Shown here: positions 49,235 to 58,075 of the stretch, piece by piece
How the letters are laid out: every line of letters begins with the position of its first letter
Numbering within the stretch: the first letter of the stretch is position 1
Source: Pontiella sp.
Lineage (GTDB): Bacteria > Verrucomicrobiota > Kiritimatiellia > Kiritimatiellales > Pontiellaceae
Length of the DNA stretch: 64,000 nt
Assembly: GCA_050290185.1 (NCBI GenBank)
Contig: JBNKHE010000004.1
Span: forward strand, 1-64,000
Direction of reading: 5' to 3'
Position numbers and translations under genes: made by a program
Notes under the pieces: model-generated
Databases searched by the model: none
Told to the model about the DNA's origin: nothing
Seen by the model: only the letters and a program-made list of their open reading frames with translations

Positions 49235-50542
49235 CTATTCAAAGGGATCCAGTCTGAGGGATGCCTGTATTTTCTCGCGGTGCTCCGGCAATACACGGGC
49301 CTCGTCGGCGTAGTCCCGCCAGTTGCGTACAACGCGCCGGACTTCATCAATGATCGTTTGGGCGCGACCCCGCTTCATTGAAGCACCTTCTGCACAGCGC
49401 TTGAAATCCTCCAGGACAAACCCGTCTTGCTTGCCGTTCAATGTCATTTGATGGGATGATGTCCATCTTCCGGCGGGCTGGTAGCTGTAGGTCATATCGA
49501 AGGCCGGTGAAAGCGACCACTGCCCGGATTTATCCATCAGAAATGCGATATTCTTCACATGGTCGTCCTGGTTGCGGCCAATCATGTTGAAGACCATTCG
49601 ACGAAACTGTTCTTCGACCGCACTCATGGGCTGGCCCAACTGCCGGATCACCTGCAAAGCCTGCTCATAGCCGTATGCCCCGGCGGCATTGAAGTCGAAA
49701 TGCGCCATGCCGCACAGCGACTGCATGTGCAGTTTTTCGCCACCATCCAGACGATCGAAACGCTTCGCCATGAAATGACGCCGGCCATTCTCCTCGAACA
49801 GGCGGCACGGGCCCATCTGGATCCCGGCGGCGACCGCCATGTTGTAATAGGCATACTCGATCGCACCGTAGCCCTTCGGGTCCTCCATTTCCTTGTCCTT
49901 GTTGCCGCTCACCCCGTCAAACTTCATCAGCCAATATTCAAATCCCTTGCCGGCCTTCACCTGACCCGAGCAGACTTCGTTTGTCTGCGGATTCCAGGCG
50001 ATGACCGCCTTCGCCCGCGCCCCGCCCGCGGAGGTGCCGACGCGCAGAATATCCCTCAACGCCCGCTCCTTGCTTTCGTCATGAAAAGAAACCTGAAGAT
50101 GGTCGCGGTGCGTCAACACCTCCGAAGCCAGCTCAACCAGCTTGCCGACTTCAACGTGCGAACTTTCGCGCACCGCCGGCCCGGTCACCGGCGCATACTC
50201 CAGCGCGCCCATACCGCGCGAACCGGTATAGCACAAGCGCTCTACCGCGTTGAACGACTCAGGCGTGCGACCTTGCCGCGCCAGCCAGGCATTGATCAGT
50301 GCATTGCCGAACCGGTCCGGCAACGAGTCCGCCAACAGCCCCGGAAGCCCGTGGAAGGTTTCCCGGCGAAGCGTGGGGAACGAATAAAGCCGCGTGGAAA
50401 GAGGCATCATCAGCGGAGCCACCTCGATCCCGCTTCCGGCAAAGGCGGAATCATATTCAAACGTTGCCGTCCCGGCATCGTCCTCCACGGCCACCGCACC
50501 GATCGTACGGCCCCACAACCTGACCTCGGCAACCGTGCTCAC
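49235..50542 (-). CDS. hipA: HipA family kinase toxin
   Basis: Couple-HipA N-terminus, DSLPDRFG, SAGGARAK, KRFDR, NQDDHVKN, LSPAFD. Confidence 0.93.
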   Translation of the reverse strand: MSTVAEVRLWGRTIGAVAVEDDAGTATFEYDSAFAGSGIEVAPLMMPLSTRLYSFPTLRRETFHGLPGLLADSLPDRFGNALINAWLARQGRTPESFNAVERLCYTGSRGMGALEYAPVTGPAVRESSHVEVGKLVELASEVLTHRDHLQVSFHDESKERALRDILRVGTSAGGARAKAVIAWNPQTNEVCSGQVKAGKGFEYWLMKFDGVSGNKDKEMEDPKGYGAIEYAYYNMAVAAGIQMGPCRLFEENGRRHFMAKRFDRLDGGEKLHMQSLCGMAHFDFNAAGAYGYEQALQVIRQLGQPMSAVEEQFRRMVFNMIGRNQDDHVKNIAFLMDKSGQWSLSPAFDMTYSYQPAGRWTSSHQMTLNGKQDGFVLEDFKRCAEGASMKRGRAQTIIDEVRRVVRNWRDYADEARVLPEHREKIQASLRLDPFE

Positions 50543-50886
50543 GATTCATCCCCCCACGTCCAGGGCCCATCATCCGAGGACTTCCTTTTACCGCTGGCCC
50601 GTTTCCGCGCCTTGCCCTTTAGGTTAATCAGATCCATGGGCCGCGGTCCGACTTCCGGTACCAATGTTTCCAGCCGGTCCAAAAGCTCCAAAACCCGCAA
50701 GATCCGGATAAACGTCGACAGCTGCGTCGTGGCCCCCGCTTCGATCCGCTCCACGGTCCGCTTGGAAACACCGGCCTGCTCCGCCAAGTCCGCCTGGGTA
50801 AATTGGAGCTCGATCCGCCGCTGTGCCAACCGGCGGCCCAGCTCCTCTAAAATCACCTCATCGATCAATAATCCTTCAATCTTCAT
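50539..50886 (-). CDS. hipB: HipB/XRE-family antitoxin
   Basis: TQADLAEQAGVSKRTVERIEAG HTH; GTGA overlap with hipA; AGGAGG RBS. Confidence 0.88.
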   Translation of the reverse strand: MKIEGLLIDEVILEELGRRLAQRRIELQFTQADLAEQAGVSKRTVERIEAGATTQLSTFIRILRVLELLDRLETLVPEVGPRPMDLINLKGKARKRASGKRKSSDDGPWTWGDES

Positions 50887-50916
50887 CGGAAACCCTCCTT
50901 CGCATGGATTATGTAT

Positions 50917-50974
50917 ATCGTAATATCTGACGATTAAAAGCATTTAATAGGTATATTTCGTCATATATTACGAT
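50917..50974. promoter_or_regulatory. two candidate HipB operators
   Basis: ATCGT-N8-ACGAT (50917-50934) and TTCGT-N8-ACGAT (50957-50974). Confidence 0.7.
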
Positions 50975-51065
50975 TTCTGTTCGTTTGATATTTCGTCGCG
51001 CAAAACAAACGTCCAAAACCGATCAAGGAACGTGAAAACGTCATTGGTGCGGTCGCACCGGTTTA

Positions 51066-51422
51066 GAGGAAAAGGCCGGGACGCGTAAGCGATCTCTACC
51101 GCTTTGAAACAGCGGCATTTGGCCCAGCTCGCCCATTCGGGGGTGCGGCACCAGGCTGCTCAGTTCCGTAACGCCCCCCTACTGGTTTTATATCGCAGAG
51201 ACGCAGAGATCGCAGAGTAAAAACCCCAGGATGCAATGTTTTGCCCCTTTGAGCTGAAAGGGCCGGGACAGGCGATCGAACGGGCAGCAACGATCAGCGG
51301 GAGTGGCAAAACCCTGCTTCTGACAACAGGAAAATAGAATCGTCCCAAATCTGCCCATCTGTTGCCACTACGCCAAGCTCGTTGCCGGCATCGTAACGCC
51401 AGCCTCTTTCGCCTATAGGCTC
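51066..51422. repeat. mosaic intergenic repeat (modules E, B, F)
   Basis: Matches 39332-39445, 29952-30070/33254-33365 and the reverse complement of 38948-39008. Confidence 0.85.
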
Positions 51423-51432
51423 ATTTACGAAA

Positions 51433-53235
51433 CTACTGGAAGGATATCCTGAAGCCCACCGCGGTCGCGAACGGCATCTTGTAGGGACATTGGATGACCA
51501 GTGCATCATCCAACTGCTTCCATTTGACCTGCCCCCTGTATCCGAGGAGTTTCACCTTCCTGACACGTCCTTCGAGGAGGTTGGCGTTTTTGCCCAACGA
51601 AGTGATCCGGAGTTCGTCCTTGGCTTCGGGGACCGTCATGCACCACGCATACAGATCTCCGTTTTTCCCGACGGTGAAGCGGAAATCCGAATTGGAGAAG
51701 CGGTGATTGGCCTGGCGACCGCCGATCTTGCCGCCGGGCAGGACGTTGAGCTTGCCGTCGGCGCCTTCGCCCAGCACCTTCCAGGCATGGCTTCCGTAGA
51801 TGCCTTCGCCGTTGATGCGCATCCACTCGCCGATTTCCTTGAGCATTTTTTCGCTACCGTTGTCGAGCGATCCGTCGGGAAGCAGCGAGACGCACAAGCC
51901 GACGTTGCCGTCGCGCGAAACCTCTTCGAGGAGGTAGCGAATGACGGCATCGGCGCTGTAGGTGAATCCGGGACCGTAGAACCAGTCGCCCACCGGGGTT
52001 TCCGCAATCCAGTCCTGATCCGTCTTGATGCCACGGGGAATCCCCCCTTCCTGGGTGTTGACGGTGCCGTTCGTCTTGCGGCGGAACTTGACGATGCTGA
52101 ACACATCGGCCTTGCCGCGACGCGCCAAAGTCTTGTTGTAGAAGTCGGCGATCACGTGCTGCATGGCGTCGCACTTGTAGCCGGTACCGGTGCCCCGTCC
52201 GCTAAATGGTTGCTGGTCGGTGCCGTCGGTATAGATGAAATCGGGCTGGTATTTATCAACCGCATCCATCATGCGCAGGGCCCACCATTTGGCGTACCAT
52301 TCGTCGTAGGCGAGATGGTTCTGAAAAATCCCGGCCGGCGGTGGTGCCCAAGCCGAGTAGGCAGCCCCGGTGACGCCCTTGTATTCGCGCAGGTTGATTC
52401 CGTAGAGCAGGCGGGGATCGAGGCCTTCCCACCATTTTCCTTTGCCATCGGCGAGCGTGAGATTGCCGTCGTAGGGATTCCCGTCCTCGTCATGTCCGAA
52501 TGCGGTCTGCCACCACCACCACGAATATTCATGATGGAAGGTGACGCCAAAACGCATTCCTTCAGCCCGACAGGCTTTCGTCCATTCGCCGAGCAGGTCG
52601 CGCTTGGGGCCCATGCGCGTGGCGTTCCACGGCTGGTATTTCGAATTCCACATATCGAACTGGTCGTGGTGAACGCCTTGGATGATCAGGTAGCGTGCGC
52701 CAGCATCCTTGTAGATTTCAACGAGCTTGCCTGGATCGAGCTTTTTCGGATTCCATTCGCGCAACACATCCTTGTAGCCAACTTTGGTCGGATCTCCGTA
52801 GTTTTTACGGTGGTTGTTGTAGGCCGGTGTTCCTGGAATGTAGAGCCTGCGGGCATACCAGTCGCCGCTCTCCCCGGCCGCCTGCGGGCCGAAATGGACC
52901 CAGATTCCGAACTTGGCCTCGCGCAGCCAGTCCGGTGTGCCGGGATAGTTTTTCTCGATGGATTCCCAGGTCGGTTCGAAGGGCCCCGGGGTAACGGGCA
53001 GATCGAGCTTCACCTCCTCGAACGAACCCGAGTCCGCCATCGGAACCGAATCCTCGGCAAGCGGAGCAGGCACATCGGGAATGGGCGGAAGTTCGTAGGT
53101 CAAGGATGACGCCGCAAACGATACGTTCCCATAGGCCCCGGCACAAATGAGTGCGACACCGTAAAAGCGCGCGAGCCGTGATTTCGCGAAAGCAACCGTA
53201 TTGCCCGTTCCAGCAGTTTGTTCAATCAAAACCAT
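51433..53235 (-). CDS. GH29 alpha-L-fucosidase
   Basis: PDWLREAKFGIWVHFG, HHD.FD.W, PDFIYTDG, VSRDGN, GEWMRING.GIY. Confidence 0.9.
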   Translation of the reverse strand: MVLIEQTAGTGNTVAFAKSRLARFYGVALICAGAYGNVSFAASSLTYELPPIPDVPAPLAEDSVPMADSGSFEEVKLDLPVTPGPFEPTWESIEKNYPGTPDWLREAKFGIWVHFGPQAAGESGDWYARRLYIPGTPAYNNHRKNYGDPTKVGYKDVLREWNPKKLDPGKLVEIYKDAGARYLIIQGVHHDQFDMWNSKYQPWNATRMGPKRDLLGEWTKACRAEGMRFGVTFHHEYSWWWWQTAFGHDEDGNPYDGNLTLADGKGKWWEGLDPRLLYGINLREYKGVTGAAYSAWAPPPAGIFQNHLAYDEWYAKWWALRMMDAVDKYQPDFIYTDGTDQQPFSGRGTGTGYKCDAMQHVIADFYNKTLARRGKADVFSIVKFRRKTNGTVNTQEGGIPRGIKTDQDWIAETPVGDWFYGPGFTYSADAVIRYLLEEVSRDGNVGLCVSLLPDGSLDNGSEKMLKEIGEWMRINGEGIYGSHAWKVLGEGADGKLNVLPGGKIGGRQANHRFSNSDFRFTVGKNGDLYAWCMTVPEAKDELRITSLGKNANLLEGRVRKVKLLGYRGQVKWKQLDDALVIQCPYKMPFATAVGFRISFQ

Positions 53236-53255
53236 GCCTGTTTCCTCTATTCAAG

Positions 53256-56200
53256 TTAGGGGTAGACGAGTCTATAGAAGACGCTGGAATCCGACGAGCT
53301 TATATCCAGCAGCATCTGGTTTGTGGTATCCGAGCCGGGCACCGTATACCACTCGTTAGAGGCCGTGAGACCGACGGAGTTCGATTCCAAGCGCCAGCCC
53401 GTGTGACCGGCTGGCCACGCGAAATCAAGTACGCCACCGCCGGCAACGGAAAACATCACGTTGGTCGGATTCGTATCCGGCCCGGAAGCGAGCTGGAGCA
53501 CATAGGCGTTGAGCGCAACCGGATAGTTTGCCCCACCGGAATAGTTCTGGATGTAAACATCCTGGTAGCCATTGCCGCCCGCCGTAAACGTTCCGACGGC
53601 GGCGGTGCTGTCCCCCGCAACGGCCACCGCACTAGGGGAGTAGCCCGAGGTGTTGTCGTGATAGACCTGGCTACGGGTGGGATAGCGGTCGTCGGAATAG
53701 AAGAGCTGGATCTGGTAGCGCGCGCCTTCGACCAGCGGATCGCCATTGGCGCCAGCCAACCGTAGAATCATGTCTGTGGCGCCCGGAGCAGGGCCGGGGT
53801 CGCCGTTTTCCCAGGCGGAACCATCCAGCACCGACTCAAAGTTGACATCAACGCTCGTGCCGGCTGCATCGAACAGTCCGCTGTTCACCTGGCGACCGCC
53901 CGCTCCCTGAATGAGCCGGGCTTCTTCTCCCGCCGAAAGATCCCCGAGGGAGTTCTGGGCCTGGCGGTTTTCGAACAGCACCGTCCCCGAACCCACCGAA
54001 ACGGAAACCGACTGATTGTCGCTGCGGAAGTTGCCGGCATGCACGAGCGTGCCGGAATGCAGGATGTCCAGGTTGTTCGTAACGGTCACTGGAGATTCCC
54101 AAGTGATTTTGGAGTTTACCGGAACCGATATGGTTTCGTTGGTGAAGCTGACATGATCGAAAATAGATTCGTTGAGCGTACCGTCGTTATGGCTGCTCAC
54201 CGCCAGCCCCACGTAGTATTGGCTGGACATGGCCACAGAGGTCGATCCCAGCAACGACCAGTCCGCACCGTTGTCCGAACGGTAGGCGGTGAACACGTTG
54301 CCCGCGCGCTCGAGCCGGATCCAGTATGGCGCGGCTACGCCGCCCGAATCCGTCACACCCGAAGCGGAACCACCTGTCGAGGACCTTTGCTGCAGTGCAA
54401 CACCGTTAACAGGAGACAGGAAATGGATAACGTACTTGGAGTCGGGGCTGAGCGTATCGCGCATCATGATGCCGGCCTTGGCCCACCCATCCGTGTTGTC
54501 CATACTCAAAACCCGTGCGGTAAGCGATTGATCACCTTGCAAGGCCTGAAAGACATAGCGAAACTCGTCGGCATTGCCCCAGATATCCGCCCCCGATCCG
54601 TTGATCGTAAACGTACCGCCGGACTCGCTGAAGGAACCGGTGGCGCCCACATCGCCGATGTCCTGCGTAAGCCAGACGTTCGAGGGAGCCGCAGCCAGTG
54701 CGGCTGAGACGGGCGTTGAGTCGGCCGATTCACCTGCCCCGTCCGTCGCGCTCACCACATAAGAGTAGAGCGTTCCCGCCGAGACGGCGGTATCAACATA
54801 GGCCATGTCCACGAGGTTCGATGCGATGGTCGTGTAGGTTGCACCGCCGTCGGTCGAGCGCTTTACGTTGTAGGTCGCGGCGGCGGTTGGACAGTACCAC
54901 GAAAGCCTCATCTGGTTGGTGGACGGCGTGACGGTCAAGCCCGTAGGAATGGGACCTCCGACGACCGAAGCAGGGCCGATCTTGAAGGCAATCGCGGTTC
55001 CCGAGGGGATCGTCGGCATGGCGGACGGGCAGGTGACCTCCAAACCACTGGCCGTTTGCGACCATGAGAGCGTTTCGGCGCTGCCCAGCATGGAAACCGA
55101 ACTGATGTCGCCGAGCAGATATCCGGCACTGGTGGCAAGCGAACTGATGTTCAACGTCGTGCCGGCCGAAGGGACGTTGAGATAATAGGCATAGAGACAG
55201 CCGTTTGAACCCACGGTAAATCGGAAATCGCCTTCCGTCGCGACGGCCCAGGCGCGGCTTCCGTAGATGCCTTCCCCATTCATGGCCATCCATTGCCCAA
55301 CATCTTCGAGCATGCTGATCGCCCCGTTCTCCAACGAACCGTCGGGACGGTTGGGGATGTTGACCATCATGGCGCCATCACGCGACACGGCTTCAAGCAG
55401 GCGGTGAACAACGGTACCGCCCGTGTCGTAGTTAATGTTGGGCTCGTAGAACCAGGGGCCGTACGACAGCTCTGCGAACCACGGCTGGTCCGACTTGATC
55501 GACGAGGAGTAGTTGCCTTCGTAGGTCGTGCCGATGTTGTCTCCGTTGTGGAACTTCACGACCGCCAGCGTGTCGAGCTGGCCGTGGCGTTCCAGGGTGC
55601 GGTTGTAATAGTGGGCAATGACACGCTGCATGGCGTCGCACTTGTAGCCAGTACTGGTCATGTAGCCATCGAACGGCTGGGTCGAATTCCCATCGGTATA
55701 AATGAAGTCGGGATCATACTGCTCCACCACATCGATCATGCGCAGCGCCCATTGTGTGGCATACCAGTGGCAGTAGTCGAGGTCGTTGGTGAAGATGCCC
55801 GAAGTCGGATTCCAGTAGCCCTGATTCGGCGTGCTTATGCCCTGGTACTTGTGGACATCCTGATTGTAGAGCATACGCGTATCGAAGTTTTCCCACCAGG
55901 TTCCGGCGCTGTTAGTTGCGGTGACGGCGTCGTAGGGAACGCCGGCCAGCGGCCCCGAACTGTCGCTGAGAAAATCAGGTTGCGTGAACCACCAGCTGTA
56001 TTCGTGGTGGAACGCCACGCCCATGTGCATGTTGAGATTGGTGAGGGCGCTTTTCCATTCGGTCATGGTATCGCGCTGGGCGCCGAAGTTGACAATGTTC
56101 CAGGGATTGTAGGTCGAATTCCAGTTGTCGAAATTGTCGTGGTGCACGCCCTGCACGAGCACAAAACGCGCGCCGGCATCGTGGAAGAGCTGGGCCAGCG

Positions 56201-56678
56201 CGGCCGGATCGTACTGGTTCGGATCCCATGCGTTGATCACGTCCTTGTAGCCGTTCGTCGTAGGATGGCCGAAATTGGCTAGGTGATTGTTGTAGACCCA
56301 GGAACCCTGCTGGTACATGTGCTGTGCAGACCAGTCAGCGCTTTCGAGGTTCGCCTGCGGGCCAAAGTGGAACCAGATGCCGAACTTCGCCTCGCGCAAC
56401 CAGGCCGGCGTGCCGTTGCCGGGAACATTGGAGGAAATGGAATTCCAGTCCGGCTCAAACGGGCCGTTGGTTTCGATGTTGAAATCCATCTGCACTTCCG
56501 GAAAATCCGCCGGATCGCCCATGGGCATCGAATTGGCCGGCGCGGAAGAAACCGTCGGTATGGGCGGTAGCACGGGTAAATCATACGCCCATGTTTCAGA
56601 CAACCCCGACATCAAGAACGCTCCTGCAAGGAGAAAGCTCTTTATCAACTTGTTTTTTACATTATTACACTTTTTCAT
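53256..56678 (-). CDS. multidomain secreted GH29 alpha-L-fucosidase (FN3, DUF1349-like, C-terminal VFYRL domain)
   Basis: PAWLREAKFGIWFHFG, HHDNFD.W, PDFIYTDG; start placed at MKKC from the signal peptide. Confidence 0.88.
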   Translation of the reverse strand: MKKCNNVKNKLIKSFLLAGAFLMSGLSETWAYDLPVLPPIPTVSSAPANSMPMGDPADFPEVQMDFNIETNGPFEPDWNSISSNVPGNGTPAWLREAKFGIWFHFGPQANLESADWSAQHMYQQGSWVYNNHLANFGHPTTNGYKDVINAWDPNQYDPAALAQLFHDAGARFVLVQGVHHDNFDNWNSTYNPWNIVNFGAQRDTMTEWKSALTNLNMHMGVAFHHEYSWWFTQPDFLSDSSGPLAGVPYDAVTATNSAGTWWENFDTRMLYNQDVHKYQGISTPNQGYWNPTSGIFTNDLDYCHWYATQWALRMIDVVEQYDPDFIYTDGNSTQPFDGYMTSTGYKCDAMQRVIAHYYNRTLERHGQLDTLAVVKFHNGDNIGTTYEGNYSSSIKSDQPWFAELSYGPWFYEPNINYDTGGTVVHRLLEAVSRDGAMMVNIPNRPDGSLENGAISMLEDVGQWMAMNGEGIYGSRAWAVATEGDFRFTVGSNGCLYAYYLNVPSAGTTLNISSLATSAGYLLGDISSVSMLGSAETLSWSQTASGLEVTCPSAMPTIPSGTAIAFKIGPASVVGGPIPTGLTVTPSTNQMRLSWYCPTAAATYNVKRSTDGGATYTTIASNLVDMAYVDTAVSAGTLYSYVVSATDGAGESADSTPVSAALAAAPSNVWLTQDIGDVGATGSFSESGGTFTINGSGADIWGNADEFRYVFQALQGDQSLTARVLSMDNTDGWAKAGIMMRDTLSPDSKYVIHFLSPVNGVALQQRSSTGGSASGVTDSGGVAAPYWIRLERAGNVFTAYRSDNGADWSLLGSTSVAMSSQYYVGLAVSSHNDGTLNESIFDHVSFTNETISVPVNSKITWESPVTVTNNLDILHSGTLVHAGNFRSDNQSVSVSVGSGTVLFENRQAQNSLGDLSAGEEARLIQGAGGRQVNSGLFDAAGTSVDVNFESVLDGSAWENGDPGPAPGATDMILRLAGANGDPLVEGARYQIQLFYSDDRYPTRSQVYHDNTSGYSPSAVAVAGDSTAAVGTFTAGGNGYQDVYIQNYSGGANYPVALNAYVLQLASGPDTNPTNVMFSVAGGGVLDFAWPAGHTGWRLESNSVGLTASNEWYTVPGSDTTNQMLLDISSSDSSVFYRLVYP

Positions 56679-56768
56679 CAAAATCTTCCCTGGATGATCC
56701 CAAGCCTGTTGCGGGATTCCCCCTGTTCCCTGGACCGTTGGTTCCGGTCCTTGCTTCATTGAGCGGAA

Positions 56769-56800
56769 AGGCTTGCAATGCCATATCGCACTGCAAGCCT
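56769..56800 (-). terminator. hairpin after the PEP-CTERM gene
   Basis: AGGCTTGCA/TGCAAGCCT stem; weak U tract. Confidence 0.35.
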
Positions 56801-56822
56801 CCTGATATTTCCCCGTTTCGAT

Positions 56823-57590
56823 TTATAGCATCAAGCGGCGGCGCACAAACAACACACCAACACCGAACACGCCGATCAGACTGATCGTGGCCGGCTCCGG
56901 AATCGCATACAGCGAATAGGCTGCCAGCGAGGTGTCGGCATTGCCGACCGCATCCGTTGCCTGGACGAAAATGTCCTGATAGCCCGCATCAGCCGTGAAA
57001 GTTCCCATCACCATGACGGCATTGGTTGTACTGAACGAGACCGAGGAACCGCCGGAGAAGCCACTTGAGAAGTCGCTCCAATAGGCCTGGGTACGGGTTT
57101 GCGAGTCACCGGAACGTTGGTCGACCGCAAACAGCGACACCGAATATTCCTGCCCGATGGTCAGGTTGCCGAGACGAAGCGTGAGTGGACGGGTAGCGTC
57201 GCTCCCATTATTGTGCCATGTATTGCCGCGCAGAGTGTCATCCCATTGCGAATCACCGCTGGTGCCAGGGAAAATACTGACGTTCCACTGGCTGCCGCCG
57301 TTGTAGAATCCGCTGGTGGAACTTGCCGCTGCCGGCATGTCCGCATCACCCAGGGATGAAGCCATTCCGGCAAACACGATGCTTTGCCCTCCTGCCGTGG
57401 CCACCGTATGCGAAGAACCATCGCCGATGTTGCCCGCCTCAACCAATGAGCCACCCGCATTGTACTGGATATCCAGATTCGCTTTATCGGTGGCGTCATA
57501 CGTCGACGAGAACGTTATGACTGCTGCATGGGTCGATGCAACCATCGCAGCGCATGCTACCAGCCATGCTGTTTTTTTCACTGTTTTCAT
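56823..57590 (-). CDS. PEP-CTERM protein
   Basis: Signal peptide; IPEPATISL..TM..RRR; domain shared with the N-terminus of 58076-60142. Confidence 0.88.
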   Translation of the reverse strand: MKTVKKTAWLVACAAMVASTHAAVITFSSTYDATDKANLDIQYNAGGSLVEAGNIGDGSSHTVATAGGQSIVFAGMASSLGDADMPAAASSTSGFYNGGSQWNVSIFPGTSGDSQWDDTLRGNTWHNNGSDATRPLTLRLGNLTIGQEYSVSLFAVDQRSGDSQTRTQAYWSDFSSGFSGGSSVSFSTTNAVMVMGTFTADAGYQDIFVQATDAVGNADTSLAAYSLYAIPEPATISLIGVFGVGVLFVRRRLML

Positions 57591-57757
57591 GCTTTTTCCT
57601 TTCATTCTTACACGCCGGACGGTTTTTATTTTCAACCAAACAAGCCGGCCCTTGTTCGGAAAATCGTGTTGTTCTTTTGCCAAATTTCGATCGCCCCGCT
57701 GAAACCGATGCCAAGATCTGCGGCTCAAGCAATCCTTCCCCTACTTATGATCAACGC

Positions 57758-57875
57758 AAACCGGCCCGTCGTTCCGACAGATACTTTGAGAAAAATGACA
57801 CTGGATTTCCGCGCGTGGTCCAGAAGGATGGAAAAACGCCCCGCAATACAAGCGGAACGACGTTGATAGAGCTAC
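57758..57875 (-). promoter_or_regulatory. duplicated upstream/promoter block, copy 1
   Basis: 118 bp matching 60315-60432. Confidence 0.75.
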
Positions 57876-58030
57876 TCAGCCGCAATGCCCTCTTCACTGT
57901 CGGCTCCAAACTCTCTTCGCTTTATTACTTGTTGCGCATACCGGGCGCTTTGCGTTGAGACCGAATGAGCCAGCCCCGTCCGATTCAGGTTATTCTGTTC
58001 CTAACAGCGAAATTCGATTGAGCGTTTTAT

Positions 58031-58062
58031 CGGCAGGCGGCGATGGAATGCGCCGCCTGCCG
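58031..58062 (-). terminator. GC-rich hairpin after gene 58076-60142
   Basis: CGGCAGGCGGCG/CGCCGCCTGCCG perfect 12-bp stem; no U tract. Confidence 0.4.
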
Positions 58063-58075
58063 GTATCCATAACGC

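Noticed and set aside
37493..51422. CRISPR array or intact transposon to explain the repeats
   Set aside because: The repeats are long, dispersed and diverged, with no regular repeat-spacer period; no cas, transposase or integrase gene was seen.
26207..53109. Long antisense ORFs (26207-27619, 40071-41399, 43150-44727, 49559-50923, 51490-53109)
   Set aside because: They are shadow frames of GC-rich genes on the opposite strand and carry no recognisable motifs.
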